From positions 1 through 46,500 of the IMG/VR virus record IMGVR_UViG_3300020045_008194: a DNA stretch of 46,500 bases; one strand, given 5' to 3'. A program made the translations under genes and the position numbers. The notes below the pieces were generated by a model, which saw nothing but the letters and a program-made list of their open reading frames with translations, made no database searches and was not told the origin of the DNA. Below are positions 20,101 to 28,294 of this stretch, piece after piece; positions within the stretch are counted from its first letter, which is position 1; each line of letters opens with the position of its first letter. This stretch comes from a virus. Lineage: Duplodnaviria > Caudoviricetes.

Positions 20101-21660
20101 TTAATATTCTACCTCGTGTACAGGAAGAGTAAAAGCTTCTCCTCCAATTTTATGTTCATTAGATCCATCGTAGTCATCTTCATTGTGAGGAAGTTTCTCT
20201 TCAACAGGCCATGCGTATAAGAGTACAAACATATCGGCAATATCTGGAGACTTACCTACACGATCTTTAAGTTCTTTTTTAGACTCTACTAACTTTTGAT
20301 TTGTAATTTTATGTCTTGTACCTTTTGCCCAACACAATTCTTTCTTGGCAGGTTCTATCCAAGCAGGATCTCTTGAATCTAGAATAGCTCCAGCAAGTAA
20401 AGCTTTCTGGAAAAAATAGTACATCATTGCACGAATGTTTTTATATTCAGAGTCTCTTGATTCTGCTGTATCACTAGGGTTAGCGTTAAAATGTACCAGA
20501 ACCCAATGATGTTTCTCAGCATTCTGAGCAAGAGTATAAATTGCAGTACCTTCAGCTTGATCGATGTGAACTGCATCTGCTTTAAGTCTACGTTCCCAGT
20601 AACACAGTTTATTGTATGTAAGTTGATGAGTCTCTTTATCGATTTTAGAAAGTTTATATTTTTCTAAGATGCAATGGTAGTGTCCTTGCTTATAACCAAT
20701 TACAGTCTCATCTCCACCTTGCCAGGCAGGGTCGCATGATAAAATAACTGGAAAATTTGAAACACTTGTAACATCAAACTCTAAACGTTTAGCAAAAGCT
20801 TGTTCTACACTTTCTAATTTTATAATTGAATCACGCGCTGACTTTCTTGGTAGTCCACGTACACGTACTCTAAAGTCATCGTCATCTTCATTTCCACCAG
20901 CATCGTTTAACCAATCTTGAATTTGTTTTGGATCGATATGTCCTAACGTTCGCGTGTCGATTCTTCTAGAGTGCCAAGATGGTGACTCCATGTTCTGCTC
21001 GAACTTAGACTCAGGATCATCGGAGTTTCCAAATGCAAGCCAGATCTTGATAGTAAACTTTTCGGTAAATGCACCCGAAGCGTATTGCCAAATATTTGCA
21101 GGAATACCGGGTGCTTCCTCAAATGTATAAGATACAGCAAACCCTTCGTTGTGGAGTCCTGAGATTGCTGTTGCATTTTGCTCAGACCACGTAACAGTAT
21201 CAAGTCTCCATACGTTCGCCAATTCAGCTTTACGCGCTTTAATAGATGTTCCAAACTTTTCGAAGAAGTGTTCATTATATCTAGCATAGTGAAACCATTT
21301 ATCATACTCCGGCCAGATGATTGTTTTAGTTTGTGGATCTGTGTTGGAAGTGATTCGTCCTTTAAGTCTTTGCGTGTACATCAACATTAAATTTGTCATT
21401 GCACCGAACGCTGTCTTTGCAGCACCGTTACCTGAAGAGATAATTAATCTGTATGCTTCATAACGAGTTGCTGGATTTTGTAAATGCTTTGAAAGCTTCG
21501 CCCATTCTTCCATTTGCCAAGCGTAAGGGAGTTTGAACTCTAACTCGTGTCCTGCTTGTCCGAATGGAAAGATGATGAAAACTAATTTACAAAAGTCGTA
21601 GCGATTAGCTGCGATTAAGGAACTGAATAATTTTATTTCATCTTGTAAGTGGTTACTCAT
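20101..21660 (-). CDS. terL: Terminase large subunit
   Basis: Walker A-like SGNGAAKT, Walker B YTFEEA, FGNS coupling motif, FRVRVRG, RNase H-like CDPA and SPDIAD. Confidence 0.92.
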   Translation of the reverse strand: MSNHLQDEIKLFSSLIAANRYDFCKLVFIIFPFGQAGHELEFKLPYAWQMEEWAKLSKHLQNPATRYEAYRLIISSGNGAAKTAFGAMTNLMLMYTQRLKGRITSNTDPQTKTIIWPEYDKWFHYARYNEHFFEKFGTSIKARKAELANVWRLDTVTWSEQNATAISGLHNEGFAVSYTFEEAPGIPANIWQYASGAFTEKFTIKIWLAFGNSDDPESKFEQNMESPSWHSRRIDTRTLGHIDPKQIQDWLNDAGGNEDDDDFRVRVRGLPRKSARDSIIKLESVEQAFAKRLEFDVTSVSNFPVILSCDPAWQGGDETVIGYKQGHYHCILEKYKLSKIDKETHQLTYNKLCYWERRLKADAVHIDQAEGTAIYTLAQNAEKHHWVLVHFNANPSDTAESRDSEYKNIRAMMYYFFQKALLAGAILDSRDPAWIEPAKKELCWAKGTRHKITNQKLVESKKELKDRVGKSPDIADMFVLLYAWPVEEKLPHNEDDYDGSNEHKIGGEAFTLPVHEVEY

Positions 21661-21667
21661 TTTATCC

Positions 21668-21952
21668 TTAAAATGGTTTCGGCATTCCTTTAGGTTTTGT
21701 AACTACACCATTTTTCACAATGTTTCCATTAGCAAGAGGAATTACAACCATCGGTTTCTCATCTAACAAATGTCCCCACATGACTTCAACGTACTGTTCA
21801 ATCTGATCGATCTCTCGTGAGTGATATGCGTGAGGTCTTCCAGTTGGATCGTCTATACTGATATTATAGAATCCGTGCTTACCTTGGTGTTGAAAGCAGT
21901 AAGAGATTTTGTTAATTGATAATAGTGCGAGGATTTGAAATAGTGGTCTCAT
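21668..21952 (-). CDS. Hypothetical protein
   Basis: 94 aa ORF with ATGA overlap to the upstream gene. Confidence 0.55.
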   Translation of the reverse strand: MRPLFQILALLSINKISYCFQHQGKHGFYNISIDDPTGRPHAYHSREIDQIEQYVEVMWGHLLDEKPMVVIPLANGNIVKNGVVTKPKGMPKPF

Positions 21953-22341
21953 TCTAACAATCCTTTCTCAACTAACATATCTCTAACTTTATCCCAGTCT
22001 ACATAAGGCTTGCCAACATCTGGAGTTACTAGTGGACAACCAAGAGCTGCATCGTCGATATAAAAATTTCCGAATATCTTCTTACTCTCTGTCCAGTGCT
22101 TCTGAGACTTATTCTCATTCACACCGTACAAAGTAATTCCATTACATTCTAAAAAATCTACAGCGTCTGCAAGTCTATCACCTGCTCTCATTGTGTGAAG
22201 AATAATTTTGTGACCAGCACCTATTAATTCTTTTACAGTCTCAAGAGCACCATCAACTGGTTCACCCAGATCAGGATATTTGTACTCGACCATTGTGCCG
22301 TCGAAGTCTATGCAAATGTACTTTGATTTTATTTCGCTCAT
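21949..22341 (-). CDS. HAD-superfamily phosphatase
   Basis: Motif I IDFDGT, motif II HTMR, motif IV YIDD; start at 22341 overlaps the upstream stop (ATGA). Confidence 0.8.
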   Translation of the reverse strand: MSEIKSKYICIDFDGTMVEYKYPDLGEPVDGALETVKELIGAGHKIILHTMRAGDRLADAVDFLECNGITLYGVNENKSQKHWTESKKIFGNFYIDDAALGCPLVTPDVGKPYVDWDKVRDMLVEKGLLE

Positions 22342-22553
22342 TTTAACTTCTTCCATCCAGCAGCTTTCGCATCACTGTACGACTCGAACGGTTCATAGTC
22401 TTCTTTACCTTTCTTAGAAACATAAGTAAGAATAAAACAGCGAACGTACTTTTTAGCACCTTTGAAAAGTGCCATACCGTAGTTACCTCTATACTCTTTA
22501 CCTTTGTACTTTTTTAATTTCTTGTTAACCCATTTACTTGCTGGACGTGCCAT
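22338..22553 (-). CDS. Hypothetical basic protein
   Basis: 71 aa, AGGAGG RBS, operon continuity. Confidence 0.55.
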   Translation of the reverse strand: MARPASKWVNKKLKKYKGKEYRGNYGMALFKGAKKYVRCFILTYVSKKGKEDYEPFESYSDAKAAGWKKLK

Positions 22554-22572
22554 CGATCCCTCCTACATGATA

Positions 22573-22755
22573 TTATTTACTTTTGTTGTCGTGAGACTCT
22601 TGGTAAGCTCTCGCTAAATTTAAACTTGCTCTAGCTTCTGTTAAGTGACGAACAACTTGATGAGACTCATGAGATGATTTCTTATCATTAGCTTTTTGTT
22701 GTTCTTTGATTAATTTATCCACTTCTTCAATCTGACTTTTAATTTTTGTTTGCAT
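22573..22755 (-). CDS. Hypothetical helical protein
   Basis: 60 aa, AGGAG RBS. Confidence 0.55.
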   Translation of the reverse strand: MQTKIKSQIEEVDKLIKEQQKANDKKSSHESHQVVRHLTEARASLNLARAYQESHDNKSK

Positions 22756-22758
22756 CCG

Positions 22759-22992
22759 TTACTCCTTAAATTGTTTTATATCAAACCACTCTTTACATTT
22801 ATCGCAGTAAACTAAAGTACCTTCCATCTTTACGTCCGTCAAATAATTTCCACAACCACTTCTTAATGTACGGTTATTCCATACCTTGTACGATCCATCT
22901 GGCATTATCTCTTTCCAAAACTTATGTTTTCTTGTACTAGCGTCCTCGTCAAATACCAAGGGATGCTCTGGTCTAACTCCATCATGTCTCAT
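22759..22992 (-). CDS. Hypothetical protein with Cys motif (YCDKC)
   Basis: Start moved to ATG 22992 (AGGAG RBS). Confidence 0.5.
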   Translation of the reverse strand: MRHDGVRPEHPLVFDEDASTRKHKFWKEIMPDGSYKVWNNRTLRSGCGNYLTDVKMEGTLVYCDKCKEWFDIKQFKE

Positions 22993-23197
22993 ATCGCTCA
23001 CTCCTAGCAGCTTGTAAACTATCAATCATGTAACATAAGTCAATGTCTGTTATCTCATCCTCGATCAACACTCCAAATGTACCATCTTCCAATTTCACAC
23101 ACATGATTGCGTGCTTGGCCTGTAACTTAACTTTTAATAATTCTAAAGTTGTATCAGTACTCCACGCTTCATATAAGTTACGTACGTCACCCATCAC
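22982..23197 (-). CDS. Hypothetical protein
   Basis: 71 aa, overlaps terS stop, GAGGT RBS. Confidence 0.5.
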   Translation of the reverse strand: MMGDVRNLYEAWSTDTTLELLKVKLQAKHAIMCVKLEDGTFGVLIEDEITDIDLCYMIDSLQAARSERYET

Positions 23198-24003
23198 ACT
23201 ACCTCACCTTCTACATCTCTCAATTGTTTCGAAGCAGCTTCACCACGTCTCTCTGCACTTAACAATAACTCTGCCATGTTACTCGACACTGTATGCTCAA
23301 CCACTGAAGTATTCTTAAACAAGTTCTTCTCTTTCCCTACAAGCTCGATAGCTTTCTGCTTATCATAAAATTCCATCTTTATAATCTCACCGACGATCAT
23401 CTTTCTTTTAATACCGTTAATGTCTTCACAGATGTTGTACTTATTAAACACTTCAATCTTTTTAATGTTCCTACGCGCTTCAGGACTCATATCGTGTAAA
23501 TTAGACTTGAATGTACCATCGGGATTTTGAATCTCTATCGGATCGAAGTCTACAGCTTCCTTCGCTTTCTCCATCAACTCACTAGCATCAAAGCCATATT
23601 TCATCACCGACTTATCAATTAATTTCTGTATACAATTATGAATGTCCTTACGATGACGATAACTATAACCGATACTCTTATGTACTCCAGCTTCATGAGA
23701 TGCCTGAGCGATATCTTTACAACGAACGAATGAAGCAATAAATTTTAATACTGTCTCGTCTTCTCTATGCTTGGTTCTTAATGTACTTGTAAGTATAAAA
23801 TCAGCTTCAGCATCTGTAAGCTTTCCTTCTTCGTCGGGAGTAAGAGAAGGTGTAACTGTATTGACAGGAGTTAGTTCTTTAACGGTTACGACTGTGCCTT
23901 TATTTTTATCCTCAAAAATTACATTATCTTTAGGAGGCGCGAATGTACCAAGAGACTCTTGCTGTATAGGTTTATTAGGATTAGGCGGTATTGGCATACC
24001 CAT
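23194..24003 (-). CDS. terS: Terminase small subunit
   Basis: HTH-like IAQASHEAGV, then DFDPIEIQNPDGTFK...MSPEARRNIKKIEV...MEFYDKQKAIELVGK, a terS-type pattern; first gene of the packaging operon. Confidence 0.8.
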   Translation of the reverse strand: MGMPIPPNPNKPIQQESLGTFAPPKDNVIFEDKNKGTVVTVKELTPVNTVTPSLTPDEEGKLTDAEADFILTSTLRTKHREDETVLKFIASFVRCKDIAQASHEAGVHKSIGYSYRHRKDIHNCIQKLIDKSVMKYGFDASELMEKAKEAVDFDPIEIQNPDGTFKSNLHDMSPEARRNIKKIEVFNKYNICEDINGIKRKMIVGEIIKMEFYDKQKAIELVGKEKNLFKNTSVVEHTVSSNMAELLLSAERRGEAASKQLRDVEGEVV

Positions 24004-24048
24004 AAAAAATTACTCCAAAAAATTTACACATTTATAATATCAGACTTG

Positions 24049-24077
24049 ATTATCCAGCTTTATAATAGAGCAGTCAA
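24049..24077 (-). promoter_or_regulatory. Candidate sigma70-like promoter for the packaging/virion operon
   Basis: Minus strand TTGACT-N17-GATAAT about 45 nt upstream of the terS ATG. Confidence 0.4.
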
Positions 24078-24110
24078 CATACTTGCAAATGTACTGTAGT
24101 TACAAATAGT

Positions 24111-24123
24111 TGAACATTGTTCT
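24111..24123. promoter_or_regulatory. Operator-like palindrome TGAACATTGTTCT
   Basis: 12/13 match to TGAACAWTGTTCA, just upstream of the late promoter candidate. Confidence 0.55.
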
Positions 24124-24614
24124 ACATCTTTTTAGATACGAAAAATTTACACAAGTTTTTGATTTGACCTTTATAACTATCCTACGCATTCTATATTTTT
24201 GTCCCACCCCCTCCATATCTATCATCTCTATAAATCACTCTGTAAATTCTACACACTCCACGCCCACGTACATACAACTACATACTGTAAAGCTGTAGCT
24301 ATTTGCAAATGACTTGCATTTATTTGAAGCGTTTAAAGCCTATTAGAGCGTTTAAAACAATGTACCCTTAGTATTGGTATGGACTAAAAGAGTGCTGTAT
24401 ATGAGGCGATCTGTATAAGTGTATGTAATTATGTGTAGATATATGTACACGTAGAGATACGCGCGCCACTTTAATATGCAGCTATGTACAGTACGATAGA
24501 GATGTATAGATACTTAGAGTATGTATAGATATATAAAAGATGTAGAACTTGTAGAACTTGTAGCGATATAGATAGTATGTTGTGTATGTTTGGCCCGTTT
24601 AAACACCTTAAAGC

Positions 24615-24627
24615 TTAACATTGTTCA
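24615..24627. promoter_or_regulatory. Operator-like palindrome TTAACATTGTTCA
   Basis: 12/13 match to the consensus. Confidence 0.5.
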
Positions 24628-24845
24628 TTAATACTTACAGATGTTCAAACTTGTAGAGATACTTACGTGTATGTTTAATATTTAGCGTATCTCTAAATAT
24701 TGTACGTATCTCTATATCTCTGTACACATCTGCAAGCGCATCTTATAAAGATGTATAACTCTACTAACATTGCCAAGAGATAATCGAGTGTATAATTATT
24801 TTACACTATTTAACGATTTCTAATGATTACTTATAGTTATGTACG

Positions 24846-24874
24846 TTGACTTACAGTAATTTACAGAGTAACAT
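24846..24874 (+). promoter_or_regulatory. sigma70-like promoter overlapped by TTAC-N3-GTAA palindrome
   Basis: TTGACT-N17-TAACAT; TTACAGAGTAA at 24861-24871 overlaps the -10 box. Confidence 0.55.
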
Positions 24875-24880
24875 TATGGA

Positions 24881-24950
24881 ATACTCACACTTTGTGAGAG
24901 TTGTTCGACAGGCTTGCCCTGATCGGGCAATCTGCTCACAATCTCATAGT
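24881..24950 (+). ncRNA. Candidate structured small RNA or leader
   Basis: Long imperfect hairpin capped by TTGCCC-TGATC-GGGCAA, starting where the upstream promoter would initiate; no ORF. Confidence 0.35.
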
Positions 24951-24984
24951 GTATAATAAACATAATGTGGCGCGCGGGTCGTCA

Positions 24985-24997
24985 TGAACAATGTTCA
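24985..24997. promoter_or_regulatory. Operator-like palindrome TGAACAATGTTCA
   Basis: Perfect consensus, extends to ATGAACAATGTTCAT. Confidence 0.6.
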
Positions 24998-25115
24998 TAT
25001 TTACAACACTTGTATAAAACTTCTACATCTCTAACTATGTATCTATCTATAAGTTCTACAACTAATCTTGGCATTTAGCGTGCAATGTATATCTATATAA
25101 AGATTACACATGATA

Positions 25116-25143
25116 TTGAACATTGTTCAGATTAGTGTAATAT
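25116..25143 (+). promoter_or_regulatory. Early promoter with operator on the -35 box
   Basis: TTGAAC-N16-TAATAT; TGAACATTGTTCA at 25117-25129. Confidence 0.6.
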
Positions 25144-25172
25144 AGAGATAACCAAACAACTTAGGAGTATTT

Positions 25173-25445
25173 ATGAAAACTTTAATCTTAATCGCTACTT
25201 TAACAATGTCATTTACAGCTTCAGCATCTTATACGTTATCAGTTAGAGATATTAAGTTAGCAACTAAGAACATTAAGAGTTATTACAACGATGCATCTGT
25301 TAAATACGCAGGTAAGAAAACATTGATAGTAACTGTTAACGGTAACGAGTGTGTACTTAAGAATGTTACGTTTTTTAAAGACTATAAAGGTACTAAGATG
25401 ATCGATGAGAAGACTTACAATAAAGTTGAGACTTGTTTAGAGTAA
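25173..25445 (+). CDS. Secreted hypothetical protein (first early gene)
   Basis: AGGAG RBS; MKTLILIATLTMSFTASA signal peptide; two Cys in the mature part. Confidence 0.75.
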   Translation: MKTLILIATLTMSFTASASYTLSVRDIKLATKNIKSYYNDASVKYAGKKTLIVTVNGNECVLKNVTFFKDYKGTKMIDEKTYNKVETCLE

Positions 25446-25469
25446 TTAGTAATAACCTTGGAGATGTAT

Positions 25470-25682
25470 ATGCAAATAACAATAAGAATTAAAATAGTGT
25501 ACGGTAAGGATACTTTATATCCAGAGTGTGAAAATGCTTTAAAGCTTGTCAAACTTACAGGTAAGAAAACATTTAGTCATGCCGATATAGCAGTTATTAA
25601 ATCTCTTGGATATTCAATAAAGATAAAACAAGCAGGGTTAACGTACGATGAAATTTATGAAAAAGGTAAAATGTTTTTATAA
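25470..25682 (+). CDS. Phage hypothetical protein
   Basis: GGAG RBS before ATG 25470; VYG...YPEC...GKKT...IKSLGY pattern. Confidence 0.65.
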   Translation: MQITIRIKIVYGKDTLYPECENALKLVKLTGKKTFSHADIAVIKSLGYSIKIKQAGLTYDEIYEKGKMFL

Positions 25683-25703
25683 TGTATTTTTTATACGCTA
25701 TCT

Positions 25704-25732
25704 TTGAACATTGTTCATAAATGTACTAGAAT
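25704..25732 (+). promoter_or_regulatory. Early promoter with operator on the -35 box
   Basis: TTGAAC-N17-TAGAAT; TGAACATTGTTCA at 25705-25717. Confidence 0.65.
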
Positions 25733-25780
25733 GAATTTAACAACGGTACGATAATGTACCAACTTATAGGAGATACTCAA

Positions 25781-26065
25781 ATGAAACAATTAATTATCAT
25801 CGCTCTTGTTATCGGTACAATTATCACTAAGGCAAGCGCAGCGGATTGTAGCATTGTACTTAAAGCAAAAAGCACAAGTGCTGTATCAGGTAAACTTGGA
25901 AATGTATCGTTCTCTAAAAAACATATTAAAGCTCTTAAGTCTACAGGTTGTAATGTATCTATAGAATTAATGAGCAGAGATGAATTAGTTGCCGATGCAA
26001 CTAAAGCAATTGATAAACGTATCGCAAAGGCCGCTGCTGATAAACTTGAGGATGCAGCGGAGTAA
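25781..26065 (+). CDS. Secreted hypothetical protein
   Basis: AGGAG RBS before ATG 25781; MKQLIIIALVIGTIITKASA signal peptide; two Cys. Confidence 0.72.
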   Translation: MKQLIIIALVIGTIITKASAADCSIVLKAKSTSAVSGKLGNVSFSKKHIKALKSTGCNVSIELMSRDELVADATKAIDKRIAKAAADKLEDAAE

Positions 26066-26082
26066 TCTCTATAAGTTGTTAG

Positions 26083-26111
26083 TGCCTTTGGTTAACTCCA
26101 AGGGCATTTTT
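26083..26111 (+). terminator. Intrinsic terminator
   Basis: TGCCTTTGG-TTAACT-CCAAGGGCA followed by TTTTT. Confidence 0.7.
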
Positions 26112-26132
26112 ATTTTAAAGCGAGGTTATATA

Positions 26133-26381
26133 ATGTGGTTCTTATTATTGTTACAAGTCTATAGTAGTCCGGTTTTAACATTACAGTACCCGACTCCACC
26201 ACCTGTAATTAAGTTGCACGGCGCTATCTTGGCAACGTTCAAAACAGAACGTGACTGTAATGTACAGCTTGCAAAATACATTGAGACTCGTAAAGATATA
26301 ATTAAAAAACATGGAATGAATCCAACATGTATAACAATGTACGATAATGAAGCGATCGGTGAGATATCGGAGATTAAATAA
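26133..26381 (+). CDS. Hypothetical protein with hydrophobic N-terminus
   Basis: GAGG RBS before ATG 26133 (MWFLLLLQV...); two Cys. Confidence 0.55.
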   Translation: MWFLLLLQVYSSPVLTLQYPTPPPVIKLHGAILATFKTERDCNVQLAKYIETRKDIIKKHGMNPTCITMYDNEAIGEISEIK

Positions 26382-26660
26382 ATGAGCTGGGAACATATTG
26401 TAATCAAAGACTGGACAGGTAAGATATTATTTAAAGGCAATTACTTAGACAAAGAAGTTGATAGAGTTTTAAAAGCTAACAGATGTAGTAAATGTTTTGG
26501 CGATGGTACTGTTATTATAGGTAGAAGTTTTCAAGGTGGATCGATACCTGTTGATTGCAACGAATGTGGTGGATCAGGTTACCTTGGAGATTTTGAGGTT
26601 TTTTGGTTGAATGAAAAGCGTGGTGAGATTGATAATGTGTACGAATACATAAATTATTAG
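26382..26660 (+). CDS. DnaJ-type zinc-finger protein
   Basis: Two CxxCxGxG motifs (CSKCFGDG, CNECGGSG). Confidence 0.7.
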   Translation: MSWEHIVIKDWTGKILFKGNYLDKEVDRVLKANRCSKCFGDGTVIIGRSFQGGSIPVDCNECGGSGYLGDFEVFWLNEKRGEIDNVYEYINY

Positions 26661-26672
26661 AGGATAAAAACA

Positions 26673-26825
26673 ATGAAAACAAAGCTTACAAAAAAAGAGA
26701 TAGAATTTTTAATTTTCTTAGAACTTACATTGATTCCTGACTTAAAAGTTGCACAACCTGAAACGGCCAAAGACTTGTGGAAGTGTACTCAAATAATTAG
26801 AAAACTATTAGAGGATAAAAAATAA
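26673..26825 (+). CDS. Small hypothetical protein (50 aa)
   Basis: Hand-translated MKTKLTKKEIEFLIFLELTLIPDLK...; GAGG RBS; fills the gap in the operon. Confidence 0.6.
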   Translation: MKTKLTKKEIEFLIFLELTLIPDLKVAQPETAKDLWKCTQIIRKLLEDKK

Positions 26826-27026
26826 ATGAGCAGAGATTACAGTAATTATAATTCAAGTAATTCTTTCAAGTATAAACAAGGTAGAATTTTAACTGCTTAT
26901 TTTGGCAGTATTGAAGTTGTGAAAATGCAAGTAGATGCATGGGCATATGTAATTGAAGTTAAATCAATTCACGCTGCAAAAATTCTTATAACTAAACACT
27001 CTAAAAAATATGGTGGTGGAAAATGA
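26826..27026 (+). CDS. Hypothetical protein
   Basis: 66 aa, abuts the previous stop. Confidence 0.6.
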   Translation: MSRDYSNYNSSNSFKYKQGRILTAYFGSIEVVKMQVDAWAYVIEVKSIHAAKILITKHSKKYGGGK

Positions 27027-27187
27027 GTAACACAAGAAAATACACTAATGAATTACTAGACATGAATGATCAAGGTTTAATAAATAAAGACGATCTAATC
27101 AGAAATCTTTTAGGTTGGTTAAGTGAATCCGATGTAAAAGAATTTGGTGAGGCTAACGAATACTTCAATAACGACGAAGAAGAATAA
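27023..27187 (+). CDS. Small acidic hypothetical protein (54 aa)
   Basis: Hand-translated MSNTRKYTNELLDMNDQGLI...LLGWLSESDVKEF...; ATGA overlap. Confidence 0.65.
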   Translation: MSNTRKYTNELLDMNDQGLINKDDLIRNLLGWLSESDVKEFGEANEYFNNDEEE

Positions 27188-27217
27188 ACCTTTAACGGAA
27201 TAGGCAGGGATTTTAAA

Positions 27218-27508
27218 ATGAGTTTACAACTGGAAAAATTAAAAGATGCTATCAACGATAGAATATTTACGATTCCTATCTTGGAAGTTGTATCAGGTGA
27301 GGGTGAGACTACACGAATCAAGCTTGCAGAACAATATCGAGATAACGAGTTTTTGATCAAGCACAGTTTTGATGATCTTTTTATTTTAGATAGCAGAACT
27401 AAATTGTTTAGTGATAGATTTAAAAAGTTTGCACAAGAGATTGCAGATGATCAAGGTATTAAGATTAACATAATTTATTCACAATGTATAATTGAGGCGA
27501 GAACATGA
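27218..27508 (+). CDS. Hypothetical protein
   Basis: 96 aa ORF in the early cluster. Confidence 0.6.
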   Translation: MSLQLEKLKDAINDRIFTIPILEVVSGEGETTRIKLAEQYRDNEFLIKHSFDDLFILDSRTKLFSDRFKKFAQEIADDQGIKINIIYSQCIIEART

Positions 27509-27741
27509 TAAAATTAAAAGCTTACGATTTTAAATGCGGTAAGTGTGAGTATGTAACTCTTGAAGAAGATCATTTGTTTGAAGTCTACATGGAAATTTAT
27601 CATGAGCATAATAGTTACCATGTTAGATGTTTTAAAAGTGTAAAGAATTCAAGTGTTACAGATAGAATTACATGGGAAGTTTTTGACACTTTTAAACAGA
27701 CGAAAGAATATTGTTACAAGGTAATTAATTTTCACAAATAG
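27505..27741 (+). CDS. Hypothetical protein
   Basis: 78 aa, ATGA overlap, CGKC motif. Confidence 0.55.
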   Translation: MIKLKAYDFKCGKCEYVTLEEDHLFEVYMEIYHEHNSYHVRCFKSVKNSSVTDRITWEVFDTFKQTKEYCYKVINFHK

Positions 27742-27863
27742 GAGAAAGCGGTATGACAATCATAGAAAGCTTAGTTGCAACGATGCTTATATTTTTAGTT
27801 GCCCCTTGGCGGTGTACATTCGTTATTTAGAATTATCATATCAATTATAAATGAGGTCAAACG

Positions 27864-28142
27864 ATGAAATTAAAACATTTATTACTAGAATTAATTATGG
27901 CAGTAGAACGTAATCATAATTGTACGGATGATGAATTAAAAGAATCATTTGATGAAGTTGTGAAGTATTGGGAGATCATTAAGCCCATGATGAAACAATA
28001 CAATGAGAAAGATCGCACTAGCATTACCAATGACGTTGTAGGACTTAGGAGATGTCTAAGATGTGAAAAGCTAGTCTCTAAAAATAAAGGTTGGATAGAT
28101 AAAGACGGTTGGAAGTATTGTAAAAGGGGATGTAAAGGATGA
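27864..28142 (+). CDS. Hypothetical protein with C-terminal Cys cluster
   Basis: GAGG RBS; CLRC...CKRGC. Confidence 0.6.
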   Translation: MKLKHLLLELIMAVERNHNCTDDELKESFDEVVKYWEIIKPMMKQYNEKDRTSITNDVVGLRRCLRCEKLVSKNKGWIDKDGWKYCKRGCKG

Positions 28143-28294
28143 ATAAGATTTATATCACTGAAGACCAACTAGATTCTTTAATAGCTGGAGTAGGGTACTT
28201 ACAAGAAACGCCTTTAAGTCCAGTGGCCATAGCTCATTTAACCTTAATGAAAGAAGTTCTTGAAAATGTTAAAACGCAAGGGAGTAAAAAATGA
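28139..28294 (+). CDS. Small hypothetical protein (51 aa)
   Basis: Hand-translated MNKIYITEDQLDSLIAG...; ATGA overlaps at both ends. Confidence 0.6.
   Translation: MNKIYITEDQLDSLIAGVGYLQETPLSPVAIAHLTLMKEVLENVKTQGSKK

Larger units (their letters stand above)
24004..25172. other. Non-coding control / probable genome terminus (pac) or origin region
   Basis: No credible ORF; sits between divergent late and early operons; short repeats (GTAGAGATAC, TGTAGAACT), strand-skew switch, operators and promoters. Confidence 0.6.

Noticed and set aside
1417-21390. Short antisense or alternate-frame ORFs inside structural genes (e.g. 1716-2006, 3794-4069, 7181-7588, 8422-8772, 20943-21305)
   Set aside because: Fully nested in long well-supported genes, no RBS; they read as shadow frames.
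24110-24298. 62-aa TTG-start ORF in the control region
   Set aside because: No RBS, starts within an operator palindrome, composition reflects local strand skew.
24004-25172. CRISPR mini-array or tRNA in the long non-coding region
   Set aside because: Repeats are short, irregularly spaced and in both orientations; no constant repeat-spacer period and no cloverleaf or T-loop motif.
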